Part shown: positions 38,943 to 48,663 of the stretch, in pieces | Numbering within the stretch: the stretch's first letter is position 1 | Layout: each line of letters begins with the position of its first letter | Source of the DNA: Nanobdellota archaeon | GTDB taxonomy: Archaea; Nanobdellota; Nanobdellia; SCGC-AAA011-G17; PNOQ01 | Direction of reading: 5' to 3' | DNA length: 56,337 bases | Assembly (NCBI GenBank): GCA_018829185.1 | Contig: JAHJUI010000001.1 | Coordinates: forward strand, 1 to 56,337 | Notes under the pieces: generated by a model | Told to the model about the DNA's origin: nothing | Database searches by the model: none | What the model saw: the letters and a program-made list of their open reading frames with translations, nothing else | Made by a program: the position numbers and the translations under genes

Positions 38943-39139
38943 GTCGGGGTGCCGGAGTCTGGAAAAAATCTCCATGAGAAATTATGAGATATTCTAGCGG
39001 GCAGGTCCGGATTAACGAAAGGTGATCTGGTGCTAAACTTAAGTTTTCCAGGAAAAAAGAAATCCTGTGGCTTAGTGCCTACGAGGGATATCTAAACATT
39101 TGATTGTTGGATACTCGAATTCAAATCCCTTCCCCGACA
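38943..39139 (+). tRNA. tRNA-Leu(TAA) with four introns (~38967-38997, 39006-39036, 39044-39061, 39088-39119)
   Basis: Spliced product GTCGGGG-TG-CCGGAGTCTGGAAAACGG-G-CAGGA-CTTAAGA-TCCTG-TGGCTTAGTGCCTAC-GAGGG-TTCAAAT-CCCTT-CCCCGAC-A; each junction forms a BHB or relaxed BHB. Confidence 0.88.
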
Positions 39140-39230
39140 TATTTTTTTCTTACACTGTGACAAAGTTATATAACTATAAAAAACCCAATTAGTTAATTTT
39201 AAAAATAAGTACATTATTGTAATTCTTATT

Positions 39231-39304
39231 GCCTCAGTGGCTTAGCCTGGTAGAGCACCGCATTGGTAATGCGGAGGTCGGGGGTTCAATTCCCCTCTGA
39301 GGCT
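39231..39304 (+). tRNA. tRNA-Thr(GGT), intronless
   Basis: GCCTCAG/CTGAGGC acceptor; CCGCA-TTGGTAA-TGCGG anticodon arm. Confidence 0.96.
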
Positions 39305-39344
39305 TTCAAAACCTTTAAAAACCCCTTATTTTACCTGTCTAACA

Positions 39345-39803
39345 ATGGATATCAAAAAACAATACAAAAAAATAGAAAATAAATTCAAATTACCTAATTT
39401 TGATAAATTCGATAAAGAATTTGAGATATCTACCTTAGATACAGATGATTTTCTATTAAGAAATGTAAGAAGAAGAATGAACAATAAACTAACTTTCTTT
39501 ACTCAAATCTTTGACACAATTTTATTTCCAAATCCAAATTCATTAATTTCAATGCACGAATCAAAATCTTGTTCAGAAGAAGAAAAAATCGAAATAATGA
39601 AGTTCTACAATAAATTAATGATTTTAGAAAGAGAAGCACTTTCCTTTGATATTGAACCAGATGACAAAAAAGAAGCAGAATTCATAAACAAACTTTGGAA
39701 ACAATGGACAGAGATAAAAAAAGAAACAAATAAATTAGTTGAAAAAATGAAAGAATCTTGGAAAGACGAAGATAAGAAAATTAAGAATCATTATTTTGGC
39801 TAA
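39345..39803 (+). CDS. Hypothetical helical protein
   Basis: 152-aa ORF upstream of the pilus operon. Confidence 0.75.
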   Translation: MDIKKQYKKIENKFKLPNFDKFDKEFEISTLDTDDFLLRNVRRRMNNKLTFFTQIFDTILFPNPNSLISMHESKSCSEEEKIEIMKFYNKLMILEREALSFDIEPDDKKEAEFINKLWKQWTEIKKETNKLVEKMKESWKDEDKKIKNHYFG

Positions 39804-39840
39804 AGAAAATTATATAAACACTAATTCTTTGTTTAATTAC

Positions 39841-40506
39841 ATGAATAAAAGAGGCCAATTTTACTTAATCATAGTTTTAGTTCTAGCTTTTTTAATCTAC
39901 GGAGTTACTGGAAAAACAAATAGCATAGAAAAACCAATTTTATTTCAAGATTTTTCAGATCTTTCAGAAAATTATGTTACTGAATCAAAAAATATTGTCA
40001 ATGATGCATTGTACAGTAACAGTCTAAATGTAGCAACAGATTTAGATTCTTTCACACAAGAATTTTTAGTTTATGCAAAACAAAAAAATCCTTCAGTAGG
40101 AATTGTTTACGTTTATAAAGAAGGAATAGATGTGAGGGTAGCAAATTATTTAGATAATCCAATTGCAACATATGATCGAACAATTTCCGCTGCAAATCAA
40201 GAAGTAGTAGAAAGAGTAGTTTTTAATGTAGGTGGAAAAGAATTCGTACACCAAGTTCCATTAAAATTACAGGACTTTGGAACAGAATGGTATACTTCAT
40301 CTGGAGGCCTAGTACCACTACAAATTAGTGTAGGGGGAATTTTACATAATTTTGGAGATTTTTCTGGAACTGGTCCAGAATTTAAAGTGCTTGTTAGATC
40401 AGAAACAACTGAAGATACATTCGATATAGGAAATGTAGACCAAGGAATCACATACTCGCCACCATCAAAAGATTTAAATAATGTAATTCAAATTTACAGA
40501 TCATAA
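39841..40506 (+). CDS. Class III signal peptide protein (minor pilin-like)
   Basis: MNKRG/QFYLIIVLVL; start at ATG 39841. Confidence 0.75.
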   Translation: MNKRGQFYLIIVLVLAFLIYGVTGKTNSIEKPILFQDFSDLSENYVTESKNIVNDALYSNSLNVATDLDSFTQEFLVYAKQKNPSVGIVYVYKEGIDVRVANYLDNPIATYDRTISAANQEVVERVVFNVGGKEFVHQVPLKLQDFGTEWYTSSGGLVPLQISVGGILHNFGDFSGTGPEFKVLVRSETTEDTFDIGNVDQGITYSPPSKDLNNVIQIYRS

Positions 40507-41069
40507 TGAAAAAGAGAGGCATAACACCATTAATTGCATGGGTATTATTATTTGGTTTCGCCGTAGCAGCTGGAGCTTTCATTTATGGTTGGGTGGGAGA
40601 TTGGCTCCCAGGAATACAACTACAAGCAAAACCAGAACTTTATTGTGATGATGTTCAAATTTCTTTTGAAGATTCTTGTAGGCTTCTGGATGGGGGGGAA
40701 AGTAAAAACCTAAACCTAACAATTAATAATAAAGGAAGTTTTACAATAACAAGACTTACTGTTCAAAGAACTGCAGGAGCAACAGGTTCTTGTTTACAAT
40801 TAATAGAAATTACACCATCAGATCCTCCAAAATCTTTTGAAGTTCCATTTAATGCTACTTTAACAAGTTTAGTAAATTTATCAGATCCAAATCAAGCCCC
40901 CTATATGAAAAATTGTGTGGTAGCAGCAGGACAGGCAACAACAAATTCAAATCTTAATTTCACAGAAATATCTGTTATTCCTTGGATAAACAAAGACGGA
41001 GAAACTTTCCCTTGTGTTGACAAAAAGATAACTTTAAATAATATAGATTTACTAAATAGAATATGTTAA
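40506..41069 (+). CDS. Archaeal type IV pilin
   Basis: MKKRG/ITPLIAWVLLFGF. Confidence 0.85.
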   Translation: MKKRGITPLIAWVLLFGFAVAAGAFIYGWVGDWLPGIQLQAKPELYCDDVQISFEDSCRLLDGGESKNLNLTINNKGSFTITRLTVQRTAGATGSCLQLIEITPSDPPKSFEVPFNATLTSLVNLSDPNQAPYMKNCVVAAGQATTNSNLNFTEISVIPWINKDGETFPCVDKKITLNNIDLLNRIC

Positions 41070-41072
41070 GAG

Positions 41073-41585
41073 GTGAGAAATATTAAACTACCAGCATTAT
41101 TTATTCAAGAAAAAAAAGATTTAGTTTTCAATAAGAAAGGTATCTCTCCTTTAATCGCTACTGTATTATTAATAGCGTTTGTAATTTTAATAGCAATTCT
41201 AGTTTGGTTCTGGTGGGATAAAATTATAAGGGCAGAAGCAGAAAAAGTTGGAGTAGAAACAGTTGGAGCAATTTCCTGTTCTCAAGAAATTAGCTTCTCG
41301 ATTTCAAATCCAACATGCCATACAGGAGCAATAAACTTTGACATAGAGAACACAAACACCGGAAATATTTACAAGTTTAAAGTAAGGACCAAAGTAGGCA
41401 ATAATTTTTTAGAAGTAATTGAATTAGCAACTCCATTACAAGCTTCAGAAGCAACACAAGCAGGAGTAAATTATAATGAGACTCTTGGAGCACCAGATTC
41501 AATAGAAGTAATTCCAGAAGTTCTTTCAAGTGGTGCAACAATTACCTGTAATGAACAATCACAAACTGCATTCATTACTTGTTAG
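41073..41585 (+). CDS. Archaeal type IV pilin
   Basis: NKKG/ISPLIATVLLIAF. Confidence 0.88.
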   Translation: MRNIKLPALFIQEKKDLVFNKKGISPLIATVLLIAFVILIAILVWFWWDKIIRAEAEKVGVETVGAISCSQEISFSISNPTCHTGAINFDIENTNTGNIYKFKVRTKVGNNFLEVIELATPLQASEATQAGVNYNETLGAPDSIEVIPEVLSSGATITCNEQSQTAFITC

Positions 41586-41658
41586 CAACCATAACATTTA
41601 AAAACACATAAACTAGAAATTAAACTATAATGTTTTATAAAAAAGGAGGTGGAAAAAA

Positions 41659-42153
41659 GTGAAATCAAAAAAAGGTATATCTCCATTGATCGCTACTGTT
41701 CTATTGATTGGATTTACAATCGTTTTAGCAGCATTAGTTATGAGATGGGGTGGACAGTTCTTTAGACAACAAACTGACGTAGTTGGCTGTGAATCCGAAG
41801 GACAAATACAATGTACATCTGGAGTAGATTTAGTTATAGAAAATGTATTAGGCGGGGTAAATGAAACTACAATTAATGTACTAAACAATGGAAATTATGA
41901 CATTGGCGAAATACAATATGTAGTTCTGGATGCCAATGGAGTAACTCTTAATTCTACAAGAGATATAACCGGAATAACGTCGTTAGCAGGAGATTCAGTT
42001 ACACTTGACATACCAGTATTAGTCAGTACAACAATAGGAAAAGTTAAAGTTATCCCAATCTTGAACTATGAAATGAAAGACGGATCAACAAGTTGTATAG
42101 TCCATTGTTCAGAAACTACAAAGACTGTTTCAGGCGTTACAGTAACTCCATAA
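41659..42153 (+). CDS. Archaeal type IV pilin (probable major pilin)
   Basis: KKG/ISPLIATVLLIGF; own TATA, strong GGAGGTG RBS and T-tract terminator. Confidence 0.88.
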   Translation: MKSKKGISPLIATVLLIGFTIVLAALVMRWGGQFFRQQTDVVGCESEGQIQCTSGVDLVIENVLGGVNETTINVLNNGNYDIGEIQYVVLDANGVTLNSTRDITGITSLAGDSVTLDIPVLVSTTIGKVKVIPILNYEMKDGSTSCIVHCSETTKTVSGVTVTP

Positions 42154-42186
42154 ATATATTTTTTTCTTTTTTTTAAATTATAAAAA

Positions 42187-42696
42187 ATGAAAAGAGGCGA
42201 CATTTGGATATCAGCGGTACTATACATAGCTTTAGGAGTTATGGTTCTAACAATTATTTTAGCTGCAGGTTTACCGGTAATACAAAAAATGAAAGACCAA
42301 TATACATTAAGTCAAACAAAAGAAATAATGTTTAGAATTGATGAAACAATACGTTCTGTTTATAGTCAAGGCCCGGGCGCACAAATTCCCTTAAAAACAA
42401 ATATTAATCGTGGAAATTTAATGATAAATGAAGATCAAGATACCATAACCTGGTCATTTACAAGTAAAGTTGTAAAGTCAGAACCAGGAGAACCGATACG
42501 AGAAGGAAATTTAATTATTTTAACAACAAATACTTCTGTTAGTGACCAATACATAATAGACATGACCTTAAATTACACTAATTATGTGGATATACAAACA
42601 CCAGAACAAATTCAATTTGTAGGGTCAAATCAAATTTTAATTAGAAATGAAGGATCAGCGGCAGATCACGTTAATATTAGTATAACTGAAATATGA
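42187..42696 (+). CDS. Minor pilin-like protein
   Basis: MKRG/DIWISAVLYI; SQGPG motif. Confidence 0.75.
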   Translation: MKRGDIWISAVLYIALGVMVLTIILAAGLPVIQKMKDQYTLSQTKEIMFRIDETIRSVYSQGPGAQIPLKTNINRGNLMINEDQDTITWSFTSKVVKSEPGEPIREGNLIILTTNTSVSDQYIIDMTLNYTNYVDIQTPEQIQFVGSNQILIRNEGSAADHVNISITEI

Positions 42697-44264
42697 AAAA
42701 ATTACCTATCTTACAAAAAAAAGAGAAACCCTTGTTTAAGGTAGAATTACAACCTACCATTCCAGAATTTCCAGATGTACCAAAACATAAAGTGAATATA
42801 AGATATCCCCTAATAGCTCCTTATTCTTATGCCCATATTTTTTGGGATAATAAAAGTAAAGAATTAATTTATTACGTAGAAGAACCAGTTCTAAATCCAG
42901 AAGAAAAAAATATTCTAAACTTATTAGAAGAAGGAATTAAAGAGTTAATAAATATAAGTTATTTAAATGTAAAAAAAGGAGAAACTTTAATAGTCTACTT
43001 AGAAAAAAATCTAAAAGTTTTATTAAATGAATTAAGAATAGAAGTTTCAAAAGATTCTTACTTAAAATTAATGTATTTCATTTATAGAGATTTTGTAGGT
43101 CTTAACGAAGTTGAGCCATTACTTTGCGATTATTTCATTGAAGATATTGAATGTAATGGGGTAGGATTACCAATTTACATAGTTCACAGAAAATATAGGA
43201 ACGTAAGAACAAACATAGAATTTGATTCAACACATCAATTAGCTTCCTTTGTAGAAAAACTTGCACAAAAATGTGGGCAATATGTTTCATATGCAAATCC
43301 TTTGCTAGATGGAGCATTGCCAGATGGATCTAGAGTAAATGCAACTTTCACTGAAGATATTTCATCAAGAGGACCAACATTTACAATCAGAAAGTTCACA
43401 AGAAATCCTTGGACACCAACGCAATTAATGTACTTAAGAACGGCATCACCAGAAATTTTAGCATACCTTTGGCTATTAATAGAATATGAAAGAAACATAA
43501 TGGTAATTGGAGGGACCGGTTCAGGTAAAACAACATTCCTTAATGGATTAATCTTTTTCATTCCCCCTTCTGCAAGAGTAGTTTCAATTGAAGATACCAG
43601 AGAACTTAATTTAGAACACAGCAACTGGTTACCTAGCGTTGCAAGAGAAGGAGTAGGACTTTCAAACATATTAGGACAAAAATACGGAGAAGTTTCTTTA
43701 TTTACCTTATTAAGAGAAAGTTTTAGACAAAATCCAGACTATGTAATAGTTGGAGAAGTAAGAGGTAAAGAAGCATATGTTTTATTCCAGGGAATGGCAT
43801 CAGGACATCCCTCTTTTGGTACAATGCACGCAAATTCTGTAGACACAATGATAAAGAGGCTAGAAACACATCCAATCAATTTATCTCCTTCCTTAGTAGA
43901 AACAATGGATGTAGTAGCAGTAATGACTCATGCTAAAGTTAAAGGAAAAGAAGTAAGAAGAATGAGAGAATTAGTAGAAGTAATTGCTGTAGGGGAAAAA
44001 GGAGATTCTACAATAAACAAAATATTCGTATGGAATCCCCAAACAGATTCTTTCATGTTCAATGGCAATAGCCATGTTTTCAAAAAACTAACTATCCAGC
44101 ACGGAGTAAGTGAAGCGGAATTAAATGCAGAATTAGATAGAAGATCAAAATTGTTAATAAAACTATATCAAAATAGAATATTTGATTTCCATGCAGTTCA
44201 AATGGTCATAAATGAATATTACAAAGATCCAAAAGCAGTTTTAGCCAAATTTGGTGTAACATGA
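42693..44264 (+). CDS. Type IV pilus assembly ATPase (FlaI/TadA/VirB11 family)
   Basis: GGTGSGKTT, SIEDTREL, RQNPDYVIVGEVRG, GHPSFGTMHA. Confidence 0.95.
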   Translation: MKKLPILQKKEKPLFKVELQPTIPEFPDVPKHKVNIRYPLIAPYSYAHIFWDNKSKELIYYVEEPVLNPEEKNILNLLEEGIKELINISYLNVKKGETLIVYLEKNLKVLLNELRIEVSKDSYLKLMYFIYRDFVGLNEVEPLLCDYFIEDIECNGVGLPIYIVHRKYRNVRTNIEFDSTHQLASFVEKLAQKCGQYVSYANPLLDGALPDGSRVNATFTEDISSRGPTFTIRKFTRNPWTPTQLMYLRTASPEILAYLWLLIEYERNIMVIGGTGSGKTTFLNGLIFFIPPSARVVSIEDTRELNLEHSNWLPSVAREGVGLSNILGQKYGEVSLFTLLRESFRQNPDYVIVGEVRGKEAYVLFQGMASGHPSFGTMHANSVDTMIKRLETHPINLSPSLVETMDVVAVMTHAKVKGKEVRRMRELVEVIAVGEKGDSTINKIFVWNPQTDSFMFNGNSHVFKKLTIQHGVSEAELNAELDRRSKLLIKLYQNRIFDFHAVQMVINEYYKDPKAVLAKFGVT

Positions 44265-44518
44265 CCTTAGATATGATTCAACAAAATTCAAATAGTCTGG
44301 TGGAGGTTTCTCAAAACTTCTCTAGGCTTGAAAGAGATAAAGAGATATTGATAACACAATTAGAAGAAGCAAAACAAACCAAAAAAAGAACACAAATCGT
44401 AATTCTTTCAGGAAAAATAAAAAAATTAGATAGAGAAATGGATGAAATGAGAGTTTTTATTTTAAAAGTTTTAACGAATTTACATAGATTAGTTGAAGAA
44501 CAACAGAATGGTATCTAA
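44261..44518 (+). CDS. Small coiled-coil hypothetical protein
   Basis: Overlaps both neighbours in the operon. Confidence 0.6.
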   Translation: MTLDMIQQNSNSLVEVSQNFSRLERDKEILITQLEEAKQTKKRTQIVILSGKIKKLDREMDEMRVFILKVLTNLHRLVEEQQNGI

Positions 44519-45893
44519 TATACAACAAACATCAAAGAGAATAAACGAACTGACACAAGAAATTAAGTCAGTGCAAGTTTACAAGGAAAGATTTCTAAAA
44601 CAATTAAAAGAATTAGATTTACAATTAAGTTCAGGCGGAATAACTAAATTAGAACATAGAAGAAAATTAGCTTCGTTATTAAAAGGAAAAACAAACAAAG
44701 AAGCTTTAAATTATTATAACGTTACCTTAAGTAATTCATATAATGAAATAAAAGCAGATATAAGTCAAATTTATAAGATAATTCAACCTGAAAAATCAAC
44801 ATACATCCAATTTAGAGGGTCTAAAAGAGAAAAAGAATTACCAAAAACAGAAAAACATCTTTTCGCAGGAAAAAAATCAGAAATACAAGGAGAATTTGCA
44901 TTATCTAAGGAAAAAGAAAAACTTTACATGGCTGAATTAAATATAAAAGAGGAAGATATTAAAAAATTCATAAAATCACAGAAAAAAGATTCTCCAAAAA
45001 GCAGTGTTTTAGCAGAATATACTGTCTACAAAACAAACCCTTATTCAAAGATGGCTAACACTTATTTAGAAAATGTTAGCTTTAAACTAACAAAAAAATA
45101 CCCCCAACTTTTAGAACCACTGTTTGAAGCTTTAAAATTAGCAAATATAAAATTACTTTCAAAAACATACTTAAGCATAATTTTATTCTCAACAATTTTA
45201 GCTTTTCCAATTGCCGGAATATTAACTTTCATCCTTACATTAAGCATATTAAAAACAATTTTGTATGCCTTCTTAGGTTCAATATTAACTTTATTTTTAT
45301 TATATGCATATCCATTTAGTGTCATTAACGGAAGAAGAAAGAAAATAAAAAATGAATTAGTATTTGCAATAGTACATATGGCAGCAGTAGCTGGATCAGG
45401 AGCCAAACCAACAAGGATTTTTAAATTATTAGCAGATTCAAAAGAATATACAGAATTAGAACCCGAATTAAGAAAAATATTAAATTACATGAATATTTTT
45501 GGATACAGTTTAACAACCTCATTGAGGGCAGCATCTGAAACAACACCTTCACCAGAATTTAAAGAATTATTAAATGGAATCATTTCTACAGTAGAAACCG
45601 GGGGAGATATAAAAAGATACCTTTCAGATAAAGCCGACGATGCATTAAATAGATATAGATTAGACCAAACAAAATATTTATCCGCAATTTCAGCATATTC
45701 GGATATTTATACCGGAATATTGATTGCAGCCCCTTTATTATTTGTTGTTATCTTAGCAATAATAGAAAAAATATCTCCGGATTTTGGAACCATGACAGTC
45801 AATACAATCGCATCGATTGGGACATTTGTGTTATTACCTTTCCTAAACATAGCATTCATATTATTCCTTGAAATAACTAAATCAGATATATAA
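44508..45893 (+). CDS. T2SS-F/TadC-like pilus membrane platform protein
   Basis: HMAAVAGSG, TPSPEFKELL, ETGGD, TMs; start at ATG 44508. Confidence 0.9.
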   Translation: MVSNIQQTSKRINELTQEIKSVQVYKERFLKQLKELDLQLSSGGITKLEHRRKLASLLKGKTNKEALNYYNVTLSNSYNEIKADISQIYKIIQPEKSTYIQFRGSKREKELPKTEKHLFAGKKSEIQGEFALSKEKEKLYMAELNIKEEDIKKFIKSQKKDSPKSSVLAEYTVYKTNPYSKMANTYLENVSFKLTKKYPQLLEPLFEALKLANIKLLSKTYLSIILFSTILAFPIAGILTFILTLSILKTILYAFLGSILTLFLLYAYPFSVINGRRKKIKNELVFAIVHMAAVAGSGAKPTRIFKLLADSKEYTELEPELRKILNYMNIFGYSLTTSLRAASETTPSPEFKELLNGIISTVETGGDIKRYLSDKADDALNRYRLDQTKYLSAISAYSDIYTGILIAAPLLFVVILAIIEKISPDFGTMTVNTIASIGTFVLLPFLNIAFILFLEITKSDI

Positions 45894-45894
45894 A

Positions 45895-46752
45895 ATGAAA
45901 CTAAAAACAAAACACTATGTAGCATTCGGACTAGGTGCACTTATACTTCTTTTAGATTTCTTATTATTGCTTTCAGTACAATCTAGGTGGTTTAGACCAT
46001 TAATAGCTGTAGGAGTAATTGTAGGAATCTTTCCATTATGGCTAGACACTTTAACAGAAGCAAGAAGACATAGGGAATTAGAAGAAAAATTCTTAGAGTT
46101 TGTAAGGTCCCTTGCAGATACAGTAAAATCGGGCATACCAATTCCCAAAGCAATCACTCAAATTTCTACAATGGATTATGGGGCATTAAACCCTTATATT
46201 AAAAAACTTTCAAAGAAAATAGAGTGGGGAATCCCATTAAGAACAGCCCTATCTAGTTTTGCAGAGGATACAGAAAACACTTTGATCAAAAGATCAATGT
46301 CTATCGTTATAGAAGCTGAACAATCTGGAGGAAATATCCAAGATGTTTTAGAATCGGTTACAGAATCTGTTTTACAAATGAGAAAAATTAAAGATGAAAG
46401 AAGAGCAAGCGCATTCTCACAAACAATTCAAGGATATTTTGTCTTCTTCATATTCATTGCAATTATGATAGTTTTACAGGTTTATTTATTGCCCCAATTA
46501 GCAGACATTGGAACTTATGTTATGGCCGGAATTGGTGGAGGTCTTGCCGGAATAGTAAATGAATCAGTAGAACAAACATCTTCTAATTTAAATTTTCAAA
46601 CAATATTTTCATCATTAATATTAATACAAGGACTTTTTGCAGGATTATTAATTGGTAAGTTTTCAGAAGGAACTTTAAAACCAGGTTTGAAACATTCTTT
46701 AATATTAATGGCTGTAGGTTATCTATTATTTTCAACTATTGCAGGATTTTAA
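45895..46752 (+). CDS. Second T2SS-F/TadC-like protein
   Basis: FVRSLADTVKSG, DYGALNP, SGGNIQDVL, GLKHS. Confidence 0.92.
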   Translation: MKLKTKHYVAFGLGALILLLDFLLLLSVQSRWFRPLIAVGVIVGIFPLWLDTLTEARRHRELEEKFLEFVRSLADTVKSGIPIPKAITQISTMDYGALNPYIKKLSKKIEWGIPLRTALSSFAEDTENTLIKRSMSIVIEAEQSGGNIQDVLESVTESVLQMRKIKDERRASAFSQTIQGYFVFFIFIAIMIVLQVYLLPQLADIGTYVMAGIGGGLAGIVNESVEQTSSNLNFQTIFSSLILIQGLFAGLLIGKFSEGTLKPGLKHSLILMAVGYLLFSTIAGF

Positions 46753-46754
46753 AA

Positions 46755-47495
46755 ATGAAAAGAGGACTTACACATATAGACTGGGCAATGAGTATAGGTT
46801 TATTCATAATTTATTTAGTCATAGTATTTATTTTATTCAAACCAGGAATTACAGATGAATACACTCCAGATTTCTTATCTTCAATTATAAAACAAGGAAT
46901 AGAAGAAAATTCATCAATAACAATTGAAAGAACTCCCATTTTCATTGAAGTAACAAGTTTGCCAGTTGGTGGAGAAGATGATTACAAAATAGAAATACAA
47001 AACCCAACATTTTGGGTTGATGGGTTCTCAACAGTAGTAAACCAAAGTTTAGCAGAAAAACCATTTGATTATAGTGGAGGAATTTTATATTTTGAAGAGT
47101 TTTTAACACTTGGTTTAAAAGCAAAATATTGGGCATTAACTTCAGATGAAATAACTTACGCCCCAACAGTAAGCGGAATAGAAATAGTAAACACTGACTA
47201 TGTGAGTTATGCTTTTGGAGTTAAAGAAAAAATATCTGGAATCTACAAAACAAAATTTGAAACTGAAATAAATAATACAGATTATAATACCTTAAAAGAA
47301 CAATGGAATTATCCAAGTAGAAAAGAATTTGAAATTTTCATATATGAAGGGCTAGACTTAACAAACCCAATTTATACAATATCAGAAAACATAGAGCCAA
47401 CAAATGAACAAGTAAATGTTCTACAATGGAGCGAGTGGTTAATAAACGAAAATAGTTCAAGAGAAATAATAACAATAATGGTAAGAACATGGTAA
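46755..47495 (+). CDS. Minor pilin-like protein
   Basis: MKRG/LTHIDWAMSIGLF. Confidence 0.72.
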   Translation: MKRGLTHIDWAMSIGLFIIYLVIVFILFKPGITDEYTPDFLSSIIKQGIEENSSITIERTPIFIEVTSLPVGGEDDYKIEIQNPTFWVDGFSTVVNQSLAEKPFDYSGGILYFEEFLTLGLKAKYWALTSDEITYAPTVSGIEIVNTDYVSYAFGVKEKISGIYKTKFETEINNTDYNTLKEQWNYPSRKEFEIFIYEGLDLTNPIYTISENIEPTNEQVNVLQWSEWLINENSSREIITIMVRTW

Positions 47496-47878
47496 AAAGA
47501 GGATTCATGAAAACAGTAGAAGCAACATTTGCAGTAGTTTTATTTTTAGTATTTTTAGCTTTTCTAACATTAAATCAATACAAAGCACAACCAGAACTAG
47601 TACCGCAAGATGTTACTTTAATACAAGATACAGTTTTTAATGAAATACAAACAAATCCAGTTTATAGAGCAAACGCATTAAGTTTAGAACAACTAGAACT
47701 AAATCTTTTTATTAATTCAACAGTTCCAGAAAGATATAACCATAACATAACAGTATGTGAAGTGGGTCCTTGTCAACCTCTGGCAATAAACACTAAAGAA
47801 GAAATATATGTAGACACATTAGTTATCTCTAATACCACTAAAACAGCTTATTTAACATTATACCTTTGGCAAGAATAA
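47489..47878 (+). CDS. Minor pilin-like protein
   Basis: MVKRG/FMKTVEATFAVVL. Confidence 0.72.
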   Translation: MVKRGFMKTVEATFAVVLFLVFLAFLTLNQYKAQPELVPQDVTLIQDTVFNEIQTNPVYRANALSLEQLELNLFINSTVPERYNHNITVCEVGPCQPLAINTKEEIYVDTLVISNTTKTAYLTLYLWQE

Positions 47879-47913
47879 TAATCTTTATAAGTAAAATCGA
47901 ATTCTTGAAATGA

Positions 47914-48663
47914 ATGAGCCCAACAAAAAAAGGAATACACTTTACAGAAGAAATAATTTATCCCTTGCCGCTAACAGTTGAGATGGCACTCAATGCAATT
48001 TACACTGTTTATGGTTGTGGGTCATGGACAAGTTATGGGCATATTTTACACCACCTTATGGGGGACATTGGCGTAAAATATAAATTTGCAGACGCAAATA
48101 TTTTAGATCTTTCTGAATTTGAAAAAATGAGTCCTGGTGATGAACCTGTTCATGGTGGCAAAATAGCAATTAAAAGCCCAGTAGAATTCAACGATTTCAG
48201 GAAACTTCCTTCAAAAACAGAATTAGTTTTACTTTCAGTTGTTCCAGGGAGGATAAGCAATTTAAGGGGGGATCATGGAGAAATAGTGAAAGAGATAGAG
48301 GACTTAGAAAGCAGAACAGGCGTAATTGAATTTATATTGAAAAAACTTAGAGACCCTAAAACAGATCCAAGCATGGTACATGATGCATTGACTAAAGCCC
48401 AGTCTGCCTTAGTGTACCTTCGTTTAAGAGGTAAAGAAAAAGAACCAATAGCTGACAAAATAAAAAGAAAACTTGAAGAATATCAAAGAGTAAGAGACCT
48501 TGAAATAAGAATAGAAAGACCACACGAAATAGTTAAAAGTGCAGACCTTTCCAATATTAGCTTTAGACCAACTTCAGACAGATTAATTCTAGGTGTTGAC
48601 TACGTAGTTGATGAATTCATTGCAGAAGAAGCATTAGAAAAATTAGTTAATTGTTTTTCATAA
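47914..48663 (+). CDS. Hypothetical protein
   Basis: 249-aa ORF with own TATA-like element. Confidence 0.65.
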   Translation: MSPTKKGIHFTEEIIYPLPLTVEMALNAIYTVYGCGSWTSYGHILHHLMGDIGVKYKFADANILDLSEFEKMSPGDEPVHGGKIAIKSPVEFNDFRKLPSKTELVLLSVVPGRISNLRGDHGEIVKEIEDLESRTGVIEFILKKLRDPKTDPSMVHDALTKAQSALVYLRLRGKEKEPIADKIKRKLEEYQRVRDLEIRIERPHEIVKSADLSNISFRPTSDRLILGVDYVVDEFIAEEALEKLVNCFS

